Assembly (NCBI GenBank): GCA_019118245.1
Contig: DWZJ01000085.1
Span: 2,822-66,821 of the forward strand
Length of the DNA: 64,000 bases
Source: Candidatus Oscillibacter excrementigallinarum
GTDB lineage: Bacteria; Bacillota; Clostridia; Oscillospirales; Oscillospiraceae
Reading direction: 5' to 3'
The position numbers and the translations under genes are program-made. The notes under the pieces are model-generated. The model worked only from the letters and a program-made list of their open reading frames with translations, had not been told where the DNA came from and ran no database searches. Below are positions 54,368-64,000 of the stretch, piece by piece (position 1 is the stretch's first letter; the number at the start of each line of letters is the position of its first letter).

Positions 54368-55771
54368 TCAGACGCTGCGGGCCAGGTTGGTGTAGCCCAT
54401 CAGATACTGGTCCACCTCCGCCGCGGCGGAGCGGCCCTCGGCGATGGCCCACACCACCAGGGACTGGCCCCGGCGCATATCGCCGGCGGCGAATACCTTC
54501 TCCACGTTGGTGGCGTAGCCTCCCGGCGCTGTGCGGACCGTCCTGTCCGCCGTCACGCCGAAGGCCTCGCACACGCCCGGCTCACACCCGGCGAATCCGG
54601 TGGCGCCGATCAGCAGCTGGCAGGGCAGGGTGTCCCCATCCGTGGTGACCACGCCGGCCAGGGCACCGTTCTCCCCGGTGACCAGGCTCTTCACCTGGAC
54701 ACCGAACCGGCGGGGATCCCGGCCAGTGACAGCCTGAGCCTCCTGGTGGGCGTAGTCCGCCGGCAGACGGCCCTGGGCGTCCAGATAGACCGCCTGGGGG
54801 CGGCGCACCAGCTGGGTCACGGACCGGCAGCCCTGCCGCAGGGCCGTGGCCACACAGTCGCTGGCGGTGTCGCCGGTGCCGATGATCACCACATCCAGGC
54901 CGGCGGCGGAGGGGACCGCAGCCTTCTCCTTGCCGAGCTGTGCCCGCTCCACGGCGGACTTCAGAAACTCCGTGCCGTAGCATACGCCGGTGACGCCCTG
55001 GGTGTCCAGCCCCAGGGGCCGGGGCTCCCCGGCGCCGCAGCACAGCAGCACGGCGTCGTACTCCCGCAGCAGCCGCTTGGCGGTGGCTCCGTCGGACGCG
55101 TCCAGCCCGCAGACGAAGGTGACGCCCTCGTCGGTCATCAGGTCGATCCGCCGCTGGACCACGTCCTTGGGCAGCTTCATGTTGGGGATGCCGTACATCA
55201 GCAGGCCGCCGGGCTTCTCCGACCGCTCCACCACCGTCACCAGGTGGCCCCGGTGGTTCAGCTGGTCTGCGGCCGCCAGGCCCGCCGGGCCGGAGCCCAC
55301 CACGCAGACCTTCTTCCCGGACCACTGGGGCGGGCGGCGGGGCCGGATGCGGCCCACGGCGAAGGCCTCCTCAATGATGCTCAGCTCGTTGTCACGGATG
55401 GTGATGGCGTCCCCGTAGATGCCGCAGATGCAGGCATGCTCGCAGGGAGCGGGGCACACCCGACCGGTGAACTCCGGAAAGTTGTTGGCCTTGGTCAGGC
55501 GGCTGAGGGCGTGGCCCCAGTTGCCGGAGAGGATCATGTCGTTCCACTCCGGGATCAGGTTGTGCAGGGGGCAGCCGAAGGCCCTGCCCTCGTACACCAT
55601 CCCCGTCTGGCAGAAGGGGACGCCGCAGTTCATGCAGCGGGCCCCCTGCTGGCGCCGGAGCTCCTCCGGCAGGGGGAGGTGGAACTCCTCCCAGTCATGG
55701 ACCCGTTCCGCCGGGTCCCGACTGGTATCCTCCCGGCGGGTATATTCCAAAAAGCCAGTGGGTTTTCCCAT
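54368..55771 (-). CDS. gltD: glutamate synthase small subunit
   Basis: [62 protein letters not shown]. Confidence 0.95.
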   Translation of the reverse strand: MGKPTGFLEYTRREDTSRDPAERVHDWEEFHLPLPEELRRQQGARCMNCGVPFCQTGMVYEGRAFGCPLHNLIPEWNDMILSGNWGHALSRLTKANNFPEFTGRVCPAPCEHACICGIYGDAITIRDNELSIIEEAFAVGRIRPRRPPQWSGKKVCVVGSGPAGLAAADQLNHRGHLVTVVERSEKPGGLLMYGIPNMKLPKDVVQRRIDLMTDEGVTFVCGLDASDGATAKRLLREYDAVLLCCGAGEPRPLGLDTQGVTGVCYGTEFLKSAVERAQLGKEKAAVPSAAGLDVVIIGTGDTASDCVATALRQGCRSVTQLVRRPQAVYLDAQGRLPADYAHQEAQAVTGRDPRRFGVQVKSLVTGENGALAGVVTTDGDTLPCQLLIGATGFAGCEPGVCEAFGVTADRTVRTAPGGYATNVEKVFAAGDMRRGQSLVVWAIAEGRSAAAEVDQYLMGYTNLARSV

Positions 55772-55787
55772 GTCGTCCAGCCTCCTC

Positions 55788-58700
55788 TCAAGCTCTGGTA
55801 TTGGCGTAGAACGCCTCGATCTCCGCCTGCTCCCGGGTCATGCCCTTCTCCTCGTACTGGGCGATGGACCGGAGCATCCGGTCATAGTCCCGGGGCATGA
55901 CCTTCTTGAAGCAGGGGATGTAGGAGTGGAAGGCCGCCAGGATCTTCTTGCCCCTGGGGGAGCCGGTGGCGGCCACATGGGCCTCGATGAGGGACCGGAG
56001 CTCGGCGATGTCGTGGGGCTCCGTCAGGGTGTCCGTCATCACCTGGTCCTTGTTGAGGCGCATATAGAGATCGTGCTTTTCGTCCAGCACATAGGCGATG
56101 CCGCCGGACATCCCGGCCGCGAAGTTCTTCCCCGTGGGGCCCAGGATGACGCACCGGCCGCCGGTCATGTACTCGCAGCCGTGGTCCCCCACGCCCTCCA
56201 CCACGGCGATGGCGCCGGAGTTGCGGACGCAGAACCGCTCGCCGGCGCAGCCGTTGATAAACGCCTGGCCGGAGGTGGCGCCGTACAGGGCCACGTTGCC
56301 CACGATGATGTTCTCACCGGGATCGAAGGTGCTGCCCTTGGGCGGGTAGAGCACCAGCTTGCCGCCGGAGAGGCCCTTGCCCAGCCCATCGTTGCAGTCG
56401 CCCTCCAGCTCCAGGGTCAATCCCTTGGGGATGAAGGCACCGAAGGACTGGCCCCCGCCGCCGCGGCAGGTGATGACGTAGCTGTCGTCCGGCAGGGAGT
56501 CCCCGCACGCCCGGGTGATCTCGGACCCGAACAACGTGCCGAAGGCCCGGTCTGTGGAGGAGACCTGCAGGTCCAGCCGGCCGGTCCGCTTGCCCTTCAG
56601 GGTCTTGCCCAGCTTGGAGAGCAGCACGCTCTCGTCCAGCGTCCGCTCCAGGTGGAAGTCGTAGACGTCCCGGGGGTCAAAGTGGGTGGGCGCGCCGCCC
56701 CAGGGATTTTCCAGCAGGCCCCGCAGGTCCAGGGTCTCCGCCCGGTGGGTGATGAGCTTCTCCCGGACCCGCAGCAGGTCGCTGCGGCCCACCAGCTCAT
56801 CCACCGTGCGGATGCCAAGCCGGGCCATATACTCCCGCAGCTCCTGGGCCACGTATTCCATGAAGTGCACCACGTACTCCGGCTTGCCGGAGAAGCGCCT
56901 GCGCAGCTCCGGGTTCTGGGTGGCGATGCCCGCCGGGCAGGTGTCCAGGTTGCACACCCGCATCATGCAGCAGCCCAGGGCCACCAGGGGCGCGGTGGCA
57001 AAGCCGAACTCCTCCGCCCCCAGCATGCAGGCGATGGCCACGTCCCGGCCGGTCATCAGCTTGCCGTCCGCCTCCAGGGCCACATGGCTCCGCAGGCCGT
57101 TGGCGATCAGGGCCTGGTGGGCCTCCGCCACGCCCAGCTCCCAGGGCAGGCCCGCCCCGTGGATGGAGCTGCGGGGCGCGGCGCCGGTGCCGCCGTCATG
57201 GCCGGAGATCAGCACCACCTGGGCGCCGGCCTTGGCAACGCCGGCGGCGATGGTGCCCACCCCCGCCTCGCTGACCAGCTTCACGCTGATGCGGGCGCGG
57301 CGGTTGGCGTTTTTCAGATCGTAGATCAGCTGGGCCAGGTCCTCGATGGAGTAGATGTCGTGGTGGGGCGGCGGGGAGATCAGCGTCACGCCGGGGGTGG
57401 AGCACCGGGTCTTGGCGATCCAGGGGTAGACCTTTTTGCCGGGCAGATGGCCGCCCTCGCCGGGCTTGGCCCCCTGGGCCATCTTGATCTGGATCTCCTG
57501 AGCGCTGGTCAGGTAGGCGCTGGTGACGCCGAACCGGCCGGAGGCCACCTGCTTGATGGCGGAGCACCGCTCGTCCCGCAGTCGCTCCGCGTCCTCACCG
57601 CCCTCGCCGGAGTTGGACTTGCCGCCGATGCGGTTCATGGCGATGGCCAGGCACTCGTGGGCCTCCTGGGAGATGGAGCCGTAGCTCATGGCGCCGGTCT
57701 TGAACCGGCGGACGATGGACGCCACGGGCTCCACCTCGTCGATGGGGATGCCGCCGTTGGGGTCGAACTGGAAGTCCAGCAGGCCCCGCAGGGTGTGGGG
57801 CTTGGCGGGCTCATCCACCAGGGCGGAGTATTCCTTGAAGGTCTCGTAGCTGCTCTCCCGGACGGCCTTCTGCAGCAGCAGGATGGTCCGGGGGTTGTAC
57901 ATGTGGTCCTCCTTGTCGGGACCGGACCGCAGCTTGTGGATGCCGGTGGAGTCCAGGGTGGAGTCGTAGCCCAGGCCTAGGGGGTCGAAGGCCTGGTTGT
58001 GGTTCCACTCCACGCCCTCCTCGATCTCCGTGAGGCCGATGCCCTCCACCCGGCTGACGGTGTTGGTGAAGTACTTGTCCACCACGTCCCGGTTGATGCC
58101 GATGCACTCAAAGATCTGGGCGGACTGGTAGGACTGGATGGTGGAAATGCCCATCTTGGAGGCGATCTTCACGATGCCGTGGAGAATGGCGCTGTTGTAG
58201 TCATTGACCGCGGCGGTGGGGTCCTTGTCCAGCATCCCCAGGGTCACCAGCTCCTCCACGCACTCCTGGGCCAGATACGGGTTGATGGCCTGGGCGCCGT
58301 AGCCCAGGAGGGTGGCGAAGTGGTGGACGTCCCGGGGCTCCGCGCTCTCCAGGATCATGGAGACGGCGGTGCGCTTTTTCGTCCGCACCAGATACTGCTC
58401 CAGGGCACTGACCGCCAGCAGGGAGGGGATGGCCACGTGGTTCTCATCCACGCCCCGGTCGGAGAGGATCAGGATGTTGGCGCCGTTCTTGTAGGCCCGG
58501 TCCACGTTGACGAACAGCCGGTCCAGGGCGTTCTCCAGGGGAGAGCCCTTGTAGTACAGCAGGGAGATGGTCTCCACATGGAAGCCGGGCCGGTCCATGT
58601 AGCGAATCTTCATCAGGTCCACGGAGGTGAGAATGGGGTTGTGGATCTGGAGCACCGTGCAGTTCTCCGCCTTCTCCTCCAGCAGGTTGCCGCCGGAGCC

Positions 58701-60317
58701 CACATACACCGTGGTGTCGGTGACGATCTCCTCCCGGATGGCGTCCATGGGCGGGTTGGTCACCTGGGCGAAGAGCTGCTTGAAGTAGCTGAACAGGGGC
58801 TGGTGCTTTTCCGACAGCACCGCCAGCGGCGTGTCCACGCCCATGGCGGAGGTGGGCTCCGCCCCGTCCCGGGCCATGGGGAGGATGGCGTCCTTCACCT
58901 CCTCATAGGTGTAGCCGAAGGCCTTGTACAGCCGGTCCCGCCGCTCCTGGGAGGCCCGCTCCACCTGCCGGTTGGGGATGCTGAGGTCCCGCAGGTGGAC
59001 CAGATGGGCGTCCAGCCACTCGCCGTAAGGCTGCTGGCGGGCATACCGGTCCTTGACCTCCGCGTCGTCCACCAGCCGGCCGGCGGTCAGGTCCGCCAGC
59101 AGCATCCGCCCCGGCTGGAGCCGGGACTTCTTCACGATCCGCTCCGGCGGGATGTCCAGTACCCCCACCTCGGAGGAGAGGATCAGCTGGTCGTCGGTGG
59201 TGAGGTACCACCGGCAGGGCCGCAGGCCGTTCCGGTCCAGCACCGCGCCCACGGAGTCCCCGTCGGAGAACACGATGGCCGCCGGACCGTCCCAGGGCTC
59301 CATCATGGTGGCGTAGTAGTGGTAGAAGTCCCGCTTCTCCCGGCTCATCTTCCGGTCGTTGGCCCAGGGCTCGGGAATGCACATCATCACCGCCTGGGGC
59401 AGGGGGATGCCGTTCATCAGCAGGAACTCCAGGGTGTTGTCCAGCATGGCGGAGTCGGACCCGCTCTGGTCCACCACCGGCAGGACCTTGTCCATGTCCG
59501 CCTCCAGCACCGGGGAGTGCATGGTCTCCTCACGGGCCAGCATCCGGTCCACATTGCCCCGGATGGTGTTGATCTCGCCGTTGTGGAGGATGTAGCGGTT
59601 GGGATGGGCCCGCTGCCAGCTGGGGGTGGTGTTGGTGGAGAACCGGGAGTGGACCAGGGCGATGGCGCTTTCACAGTCGCTGTCCGTCAGGTCGGCGTAG
59701 AACTTCCGCAGCTGTCCCACCAGGAACATGCCCTTGTACACGATGGTCCGGCTGGAGAAGGAGCAGATGTAGGTGTTGACATTGGACTGCTCAAACTCCC
59801 GGCGGACCACATACAGCTTCCGGTCAAAGTCCAGGCCCCGGGCGCAGTCCGCGGGCCGGGCCACAAAGCACTGGCAGATGCAGGGCATGCAGTCCAGGGC
59901 CTTCTGGCCCAGCACCTCCGGGTGGGTGGGCACCTCCCGCCAGCCCAGGAAGGTCAGCCCCTCTTTGGCCGCGATGATCTCCAGCATCTTCTGGGCCTGG
60001 GCCCGCTTCAGCTTGTCCGCGGGGAAGAAGAACATCCCCACGCCGTAGTCCCGGGGACCGCCCAGGTCGATGCCGTCTGCGGCGGCCACCTTCACCATCA
60101 GCTTGTGGGGCACCTGGATCATCAGGCCCACGCCGTCTCCGGTCTCGCCGGAGGCGTCCTTGCCGGCCCGGTGCTCCAGCTTCTCCACGATTTTCAGGGC
60201 GCTGTCCACAGTGGCGTGGGAGGGCGCCCCCTTCAGATTCACCACGGCGCCGATGCCGCAGGCATCGTGTTCCACCCGGGGATCATAGATCGGTATTTGT
60301 CTCTGGCTTGGTTCCAT
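55788..60317 (-). CDS. gltB: glutamate synthase large subunit
   Basis: EHDACG (Ntn Cys), HSRFSTNT, HNGEINT, PWDGPA, QVASGRFG, QGAKPGEGG, PPPHHDIYSIEDL, GXGXG C-terminal domain; ATG 60317 behind GGAGG. Confidence 0.96.
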   Translation of the reverse strand: MEPSQRQIPIYDPRVEHDACGIGAVVNLKGAPSHATVDSALKIVEKLEHRAGKDASGETGDGVGLMIQVPHKLMVKVAAADGIDLGGPRDYGVGMFFFPADKLKRAQAQKMLEIIAAKEGLTFLGWREVPTHPEVLGQKALDCMPCICQCFVARPADCARGLDFDRKLYVVRREFEQSNVNTYICSFSSRTIVYKGMFLVGQLRKFYADLTDSDCESAIALVHSRFSTNTTPSWQRAHPNRYILHNGEINTIRGNVDRMLAREETMHSPVLEADMDKVLPVVDQSGSDSAMLDNTLEFLLMNGIPLPQAVMMCIPEPWANDRKMSREKRDFYHYYATMMEPWDGPAAIVFSDGDSVGAVLDRNGLRPCRWYLTTDDQLILSSEVGVLDIPPERIVKKSRLQPGRMLLADLTAGRLVDDAEVKDRYARQQPYGEWLDAHLVHLRDLSIPNRQVERASQERRDRLYKAFGYTYEEVKDAILPMARDGAEPTSAMGVDTPLAVLSEKHQPLFSYFKQLFAQVTNPPMDAIREEIVTDTTVYVGSGGNLLEEKAENCTVLQIHNPILTSVDLMKIRYMDRPGFHVETISLLYYKGSPLENALDRLFVNVDRAYKNGANILILSDRGVDENHVAIPSLLAVSALEQYLVRTKKRTAVSMILESAEPRDVHHFATLLGYGAQAINPYLAQECVEELVTLGMLDKDPTAAVNDYNSAILHGIVKIASKMGISTIQSYQSAQIFECIGINRDVVDKYFTNTVSRVEGIGLTEIEEGVEWNHNQAFDPLGLGYDSTLDSTGIHKLRSGPDKEDHMYNPRTILLLQKAVRESSYETFKEYSALVDEPAKPHTLRGLLDFQFDPNGGIPIDEVEPVASIVRRFKTGAMSYGSISQEAHECLAIAMNRIGGKSNSGEGGEDAERLRDERCSAIKQVASGRFGVTSAYLTSAQEIQIKMAQGAKPGEGGHLPGKKVYPWIAKTRCSTPGVTLISPPPHHDIYSIEDLAQLIYDLKNANRRARISVKLVSEAGVGTIAAGVAKAGAQVVLISGHDGGTGAAPRSSIHGAGLPWELGVAEAHQALIANGLRSHVALEADGKLMTGRDVAIACMLGAEEFGFATAPLVALGCCMMRVCNLDTCPAGIATQNPELRRRFSGKPEYVVHFMEYVAQELREYMARLGIRTVDELVGRSDLLRVREKLITHRAETLDLRGLLENPWGGAPTHFDPRDVYDFHLERTLDESVLLSKLGKTLKGKRTGRLDLQVSSTDRAFGTLFGSEITRACGDSLPDDSYVITCRGGGGQSFGAFIPKGLTLELEGDCNDGLGKGLSGGKLVLYPPKGSTFDPGENIIVGNVALYGATSGQAFINGCAGERFCVRNSGAIAVVEGVGDHGCEYMTGGRCVILGPTGKNFAAGMSGGIAYVLDEKHDLYMRLNKDQVMTDTLTEPHDIAELRSLIEAHVAATGSPRGKKILAAFHSYIPCFKKVMPRDYDRMLRSIAQYEEKGMTREQAEIEAFYANTRA

Positions 60318-60366
60318 AACAGGAGACCTCCATTCCTTTTGATACGTTCTCATGGCGCCGGCGGAC

Positions 60367-60906
60367 CTATCCGGCGTAGTGCTCCAGCACCAGCCGGGCG
60401 GTCTCCGCCAGCTTCAGCCCGGCGTCCATGCTGCGCTTTTGCAGAAAGCGGTGGGCCTCCGCCTCGCTCATGCGGTTGACCTCCATCAGCAGCTCTTTGG
60501 CCCGGCGGATCAGCCGGACCTCCTCCTCATCCCGCTGGGGCGGGGACCGGCGGGGGCGCCGGGCCTCCTGCCGGCAGAGCATGTCCAGCGAAGCGAAGAA
60601 GTCCGACCGGGCGGCGGGGGTGGGCAGCTTGAACAGGTTCTCCCCCTCGCAGAAGTCCAGGTGGGCGGCGGAGGCCAGCACCAGCAGCACGGCGGTGGCA
60701 CGGAGACTGGCGGCCACCTCGCTGGCCGTCATGTCCCGGAATTTGAAGCCGCAGATCACCACGGCGCCGCCCAGCTTCCGGACAGTGCGGATGGTCTCGC
60801 CTCCGCTGGAGCAGCAGGCGGCGGGAGAGCAGCCGGCGGATTCCAGCAGCCGCAGGATGCGGCGCTGGGCCTCCTCGTGGGAAAAAGCCACCACGATCCG
60901 CTCCAT
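60367..60906 (-). CDS. ANTAR-domain antiterminator with degenerate receiver domain (NitR/AmiR-like)
   Basis: C-terminal IRRAKELLM...MSEAEAHRFLQKRSMD...A; N-terminal REC-like fold with VVICG at the phospho-Asp position. Confidence 0.88.
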   Translation of the reverse strand: MERIVVAFSHEEAQRRILRLLESAGCSPAACCSSGGETIRTVRKLGGAVVICGFKFRDMTASEVAASLRATAVLLVLASAAHLDFCEGENLFKLPTPAARSDFFASLDMLCRQEARRPRRSPPQRDEEEVRLIRRAKELLMEVNRMSEAEAHRFLQKRSMDAGLKLAETARLVLEHYAG

Positions 60907-60937
60907 ATGCGCTCCCTCCTCTCACAGACCTGTCTGT

Positions 60938-62266
60938 TCAGCAGGTGACCAGGTACCGGTCCAGCTCCCACTGGGTCACCTGGGTCCGGTATTCCTCCCA
61001 TTCCCGCAGTTTGCCGGTGACGTACTGCTCCGTCACATGGCTGCCCAGGGCGGCGGTGACCACGCGGTCCGCCTCCAGGGCGTGGATGGCCGCCTCCAGA
61101 GAGGCGGGCAGCCGCCGGACCCCCTGGGCTTCCAGGTCCGCGGCGATGGCGTAGAGGTTCTCGTTGCTCTCCGCCGGCGGCGTCAGCTGGCGCTGGATGC
61201 CGTCCAGCCCGGCGGCCAGGCACACGGCAAAGGCCAGGTAGGGGTTACAGGAGGGGTCCGGGCTCCGCAGCTCCACCCGGGTGCCATCTCCCCGGGGCGT
61301 GGGGATCCGGATCAGGGCGGAGCGGTTGCCGGTGGACCAAGCCAGGTGGCAGGGGGCCTCGTAGCCGGGCACCAGCCGCTTGTAGCTGTTCACCAGCGGG
61401 TTGGTGACGGCGCAGAAGCCCTGCACGTGCTCCAGCAGGCCCGCGATGAACTGATAGGCCAGGGGAGACAGCCCCCGGGGGTCCGCTCCGTCGAAAAAGG
61501 CGTTCTGCCCGTCCCGGAACAGGGACATGTTCACGTGCATCCCGCTGCCGGCGGCGCCGTGGACGGGCTTGGGCATGAAGGTGGCGTGGAGGCCGTTCTT
61601 CTGAGCCAGGGTCTTCACCGCCAGCTTGAAGGTCATGATGTTGTCCGCGGCCTGGAGGGCCTCGGTGTACTTGAAGTCGATCTCGTGCTGGCCGGCGGCC
61701 ACCTCGTGGTGGCTGGCCTCGATCTCAAAGCCCATCTCCTCCAGGCAGAGGCAGATCTCCCGCCGGGTGGACTCGCCGTGGTCCAGGGGGCCCAGGTCGA
61801 AATAGCCCGCTTCGTCGCTGGTCTTCGTGGTGGGGTTGCCGTCGTCATCGGTCTGGAACAGGAAGAACTCCAGCTCCGGCCCCACGTTGAAGGTGAAGCC
61901 CAGCTCCCCGGCCCGGGCCAGGACCCGTTTCAAAACGCCCCGGGGATCCCCCACGAAGGGGGTGCCGTCAGGGTTGTGGACGTCGCAGATCAGCCGGGCC
62001 ACCTTGCCGTACTGGGGCCGCCAGGGCAGGATGGCAAAGGTGTCCAGGTCCGGCCAGAGGTACTGGTCCGACTCCTCGATGCGGACGAATCCCTCGATGG
62101 AGCTGCCGTCCATCATGACCTGGCCCGCCAGGGCCTTTTCGATCTGTGACGCGGTGATGGCCACGTTTTTCATCTGGCCGAAAATGTCTGTAAACTGCAT
62201 CCGGATGAACTGAATGTCCTCATCCCGGACCAGGCGGAGAATCTCCTCTTTCGTGTATCTGCCCAT
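60938..62266 (-). CDS. glnA: glutamine synthetase type I
   Basis: [75 protein letters not shown]; ATG 62266. Confidence 0.96.
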   Translation of the reverse strand: MGRYTKEEILRLVRDEDIQFIRMQFTDIFGQMKNVAITASQIEKALAGQVMMDGSSIEGFVRIEESDQYLWPDLDTFAILPWRPQYGKVARLICDVHNPDGTPFVGDPRGVLKRVLARAGELGFTFNVGPELEFFLFQTDDDGNPTTKTSDEAGYFDLGPLDHGESTRREICLCLEEMGFEIEASHHEVAAGQHEIDFKYTEALQAADNIMTFKLAVKTLAQKNGLHATFMPKPVHGAAGSGMHVNMSLFRDGQNAFFDGADPRGLSPLAYQFIAGLLEHVQGFCAVTNPLVNSYKRLVPGYEAPCHLAWSTGNRSALIRIPTPRGDGTRVELRSPDPSCNPYLAFAVCLAAGLDGIQRQLTPPAESNENLYAIAADLEAQGVRRLPASLEAAIHALEADRVVTAALGSHVTEQYVTGKLREWEEYRTQVTQWELDRYLVTC

Positions 62267-62332
62267 GGCGCGAACCTCCATATCAGGCTGATTTTGACCG
62301 GCTGGCTTCCCGCGGAGGGCAGCCGGAAAATG

Positions 62333-62375
62333 AAAAAAGAGCGCAAGACGACCATAAGAGTACGCCTTTGTGCTC
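62333..62375 (-). promoter_or_regulatory. ANTAR-type hairpin overlapping an intrinsic terminator in the glnA leader
   Basis: GAGCAC-AAAGGC-GTACTC (62358-62375), hexaloop with A1/G4; the same 5' arm can pair with CGTCTTGCGCTC (62339-62350), followed by T6. Confidence 0.7.
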
Positions 62376-62385
62376 CTTACTGGGA

Positions 62386-62415
62386 ATTATACGATTGTCC
62401 GCCCCTGACTGTCAA
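62386..62415 (-). promoter_or_regulatory. sigma-A promoter for glnA-ANTAR-gltBD
   Basis: TTGACA (62410-62415), 18 bp, TATAAT (62386-62391). Confidence 0.8.
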
Positions 62416-62588
62416 TGGTTTTCGAGCGCTGGACGGTCGGGCGGGGGATTTTTCGCTCTTCTGCACAGCCGCCGCCCCGCTCGGACGAAAAAGGCTGGGG
62501 GGATTGACGAGGCATTTGCAGGCAAAAGGGGCGTCCCGGTCCCCGTCCAAGCGGGGAGCGGGACGCCCAAAAGCGCGCAGGCGGAGGG

Positions 62589-63998
62589 TCAGTAGCGGCC
62601 GGCCCAGTCCGACAGGATCAGCACCGGCAATGTCCACAGCAGCAGGAACACCAGCAGGGCCAGGGGCGTCAGCAGGTTGTAGGCCCCCTGGAACACCAGG
62701 TAGAAGGCCAGCAGGGTGCCGGCCGCGCTGCCCAGCACCGACAGTGCCGTGGCCCGCCGCACGGCCTTGCAGAGCCGCCGGCTGCCCACCACCGCCTCCG
62801 CGTAGGGCAGAAGGCCCTCCCGGAACAGCAGGGCCCGGGGCATCCCCCGGTCCAGCTCTGCTTCGCTGTAGGCCACCCGGTCCGTCAGGCTGGGGAACTC
62901 CACCTTCACGCCCTTGTGGAACTTGCGCTTCAGCAGCGCCGGGGTGATGTTGGGATCCCGGGACGCCAGGATGGGCGTGATGCGGCTGCGGCGCATCATC
63001 CGCAGGGCGAAGTCCACATTTTCCGAGGGCTGGTACTTCACGGCGAACACGGCGGCCAGCTGGCGGTCCATGGCCAGGAAGATGCCGGTCCGCAGGTTGA
63101 TGCCGGCGGGCAGGCGCACCTCCATCTTCCGCATGAAGGAGGCGGTGCCCAGCAGCACCGACTCTCCCCGGATGGTGGCGGAGTAGCCGCCCTCCTCATA
63201 GAAGCTGAAATCGTCCACCTTCTGGTAATGGCCGCCCTCGCCGCGCAGCAGCCCGTCGAACAGCCGCTGGAGGCCGCAGTCCGCGGCCCGGGTCATGGAG
63301 GCGGCATAGGAGTAGACCTTTGACAGGTCCTCGCCGAACACCTTCACGCCGTTGAGCTGGATGGTCCCCGGCGGGAACAGGTCCCCGTCCGTCAGGATCA
63401 TGGCCCGCCGGCGGCTGATCCTCTCCGCGCCGCACCAGCCGGCCACGGCGCACCCCGCCTTGTGGAAGTGGGCGGCCAGCTTGGAGAAGGGCATCCCCCA
63501 GCACAGGGGCAGGGCGAAGGTGGTGCCCGCCCCCAGGATGGCGGACCAGTTCAGCAGGAAGTCGTCTCCCCGCCCCTGGCCCAGGGAGCTGAGCCCCGCG
63601 AACACGATGGAGGCCACCAGCACCACCGGCATCAGGGCCGTCTGCCAGATGGCGGCGGTGTCCTCCCGCAGGGCGGTGGTGTAGAAGCCGGGGACGGAGC
63701 CCGCCTGCTTGCAGGCGCCCTTCTCCGTCTCCGTCACCAGATAGGGCGGCTCGTCGTCGGTGGAGGCCATCCGGAAGGTGTCCCACATCCCCCGGCTCTC
63801 CCGGGCGCCGCCCCACATGGCGAACACCAGAGCGAAGCACCCCACCGGGGCGTAGCAGGCGGCGGCGCTCCGGTCCGGCAGCAGCAGGCGGGCCACGCAG
63901 TCCGCCGCCATCACCACCGCGGAGATCACCGCCAGCAGCTCGCTGGTGCAGCGCCTTCGCGCCAGCAGCCGGAAGGCCTTGGCGAATACCTGCCGGGC
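62589..63998 (-). CDS. membrane protein with degenerate P1B-ATPase-like cytoplasmic domains (5'-partial)
   Basis: Frame open to window edge; colinear by eye with the ATPase at 3756-5630 but TDGDLF in place of DKTGTL and SRD in place of TGD. Confidence 0.7.
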   Translation of the reverse strand, partial: ARQVFAKAFRLLARRRCTSELLAVISAVVMAADCVARLLLPDRSAAACYAPVGCFALVFAMWGGARESRGMWDTFRMASTDDEPPYLVTETEKGACKQAGSVPGFYTTALREDTAAIWQTALMPVVLVASIVFAGLSSLGQGRGDDFLLNWSAILGAGTTFALPLCWGMPFSKLAAHFHKAGCAVAGWCGAERISRRRAMILTDGDLFPPGTIQLNGVKVFGEDLSKVYSYAASMTRAADCGLQRLFDGLLRGEGGHYQKVDDFSFYEEGGYSATIRGESVLLGTASFMRKMEVRLPAGINLRTGIFLAMDRQLAAVFAVKYQPSENVDFALRMMRRSRITPILASRDPNITPALLKRKFHKGVKVEFPSLTDRVAYSEAELDRGMPRALLFREGLLPYAEAVVGSRRLCKAVRRATALSVLGSAAGTLLAFYLVFQGAYNLLTPLALLVFLLLWTLPVLILSDWAGRY

Positions 63999-64000
63999 CA

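Overview
64 kb of GC-rich, mostly housekeeping chromosome from an anaerobic Clostridia-type bacterium (Oscillospiraceae-like, inferred from gene content, T-box use and codon bias). It carries a 2-oxoacid:ferredoxin oxidoreductase operon, a CsoR/P1B-ATPase metal module, a complete chorismate-to-Phe/Tyr operon (aroF-tyrA-aroB-aroA-aroC-pheA-aroE/K-aroQ), nitrogen assimilation genes (GS III, asnB, glnA-ANTAR-gltBD), purA/purB, tex, an ABC/MarR cluster, three tRNA-Leu genes, citrate synthase, and an ECF sigma/anti-sigma locus. No prophage, intact transposase or CRISPR array was seen. The most notable items are absent from the ORF track. (1) A 34-aa Tyr/Phe-rich leader peptide with terminator/antiterminator pairing upstream of the aro operon, i.e. 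ribosome-mediated attenuation where a T-box would be expected. (2) An ECF sigma paired with an RsgI-like (DVNPS) anti-sigma carrying three PepSY domains, plus a shared promoter motif that also precedes a small PepSY gene. (3) A family of ~100-120 bp dispersed elements with heptamer-repeat arms and C-GNA-G hairpins. (4) An apparently single ANTAR hairpin overlapping a terminator before glnA. (5) A P1B-ATPase-like protein lacking its catalytic Asp. Product calls come from motif recognition only; no database search was run.
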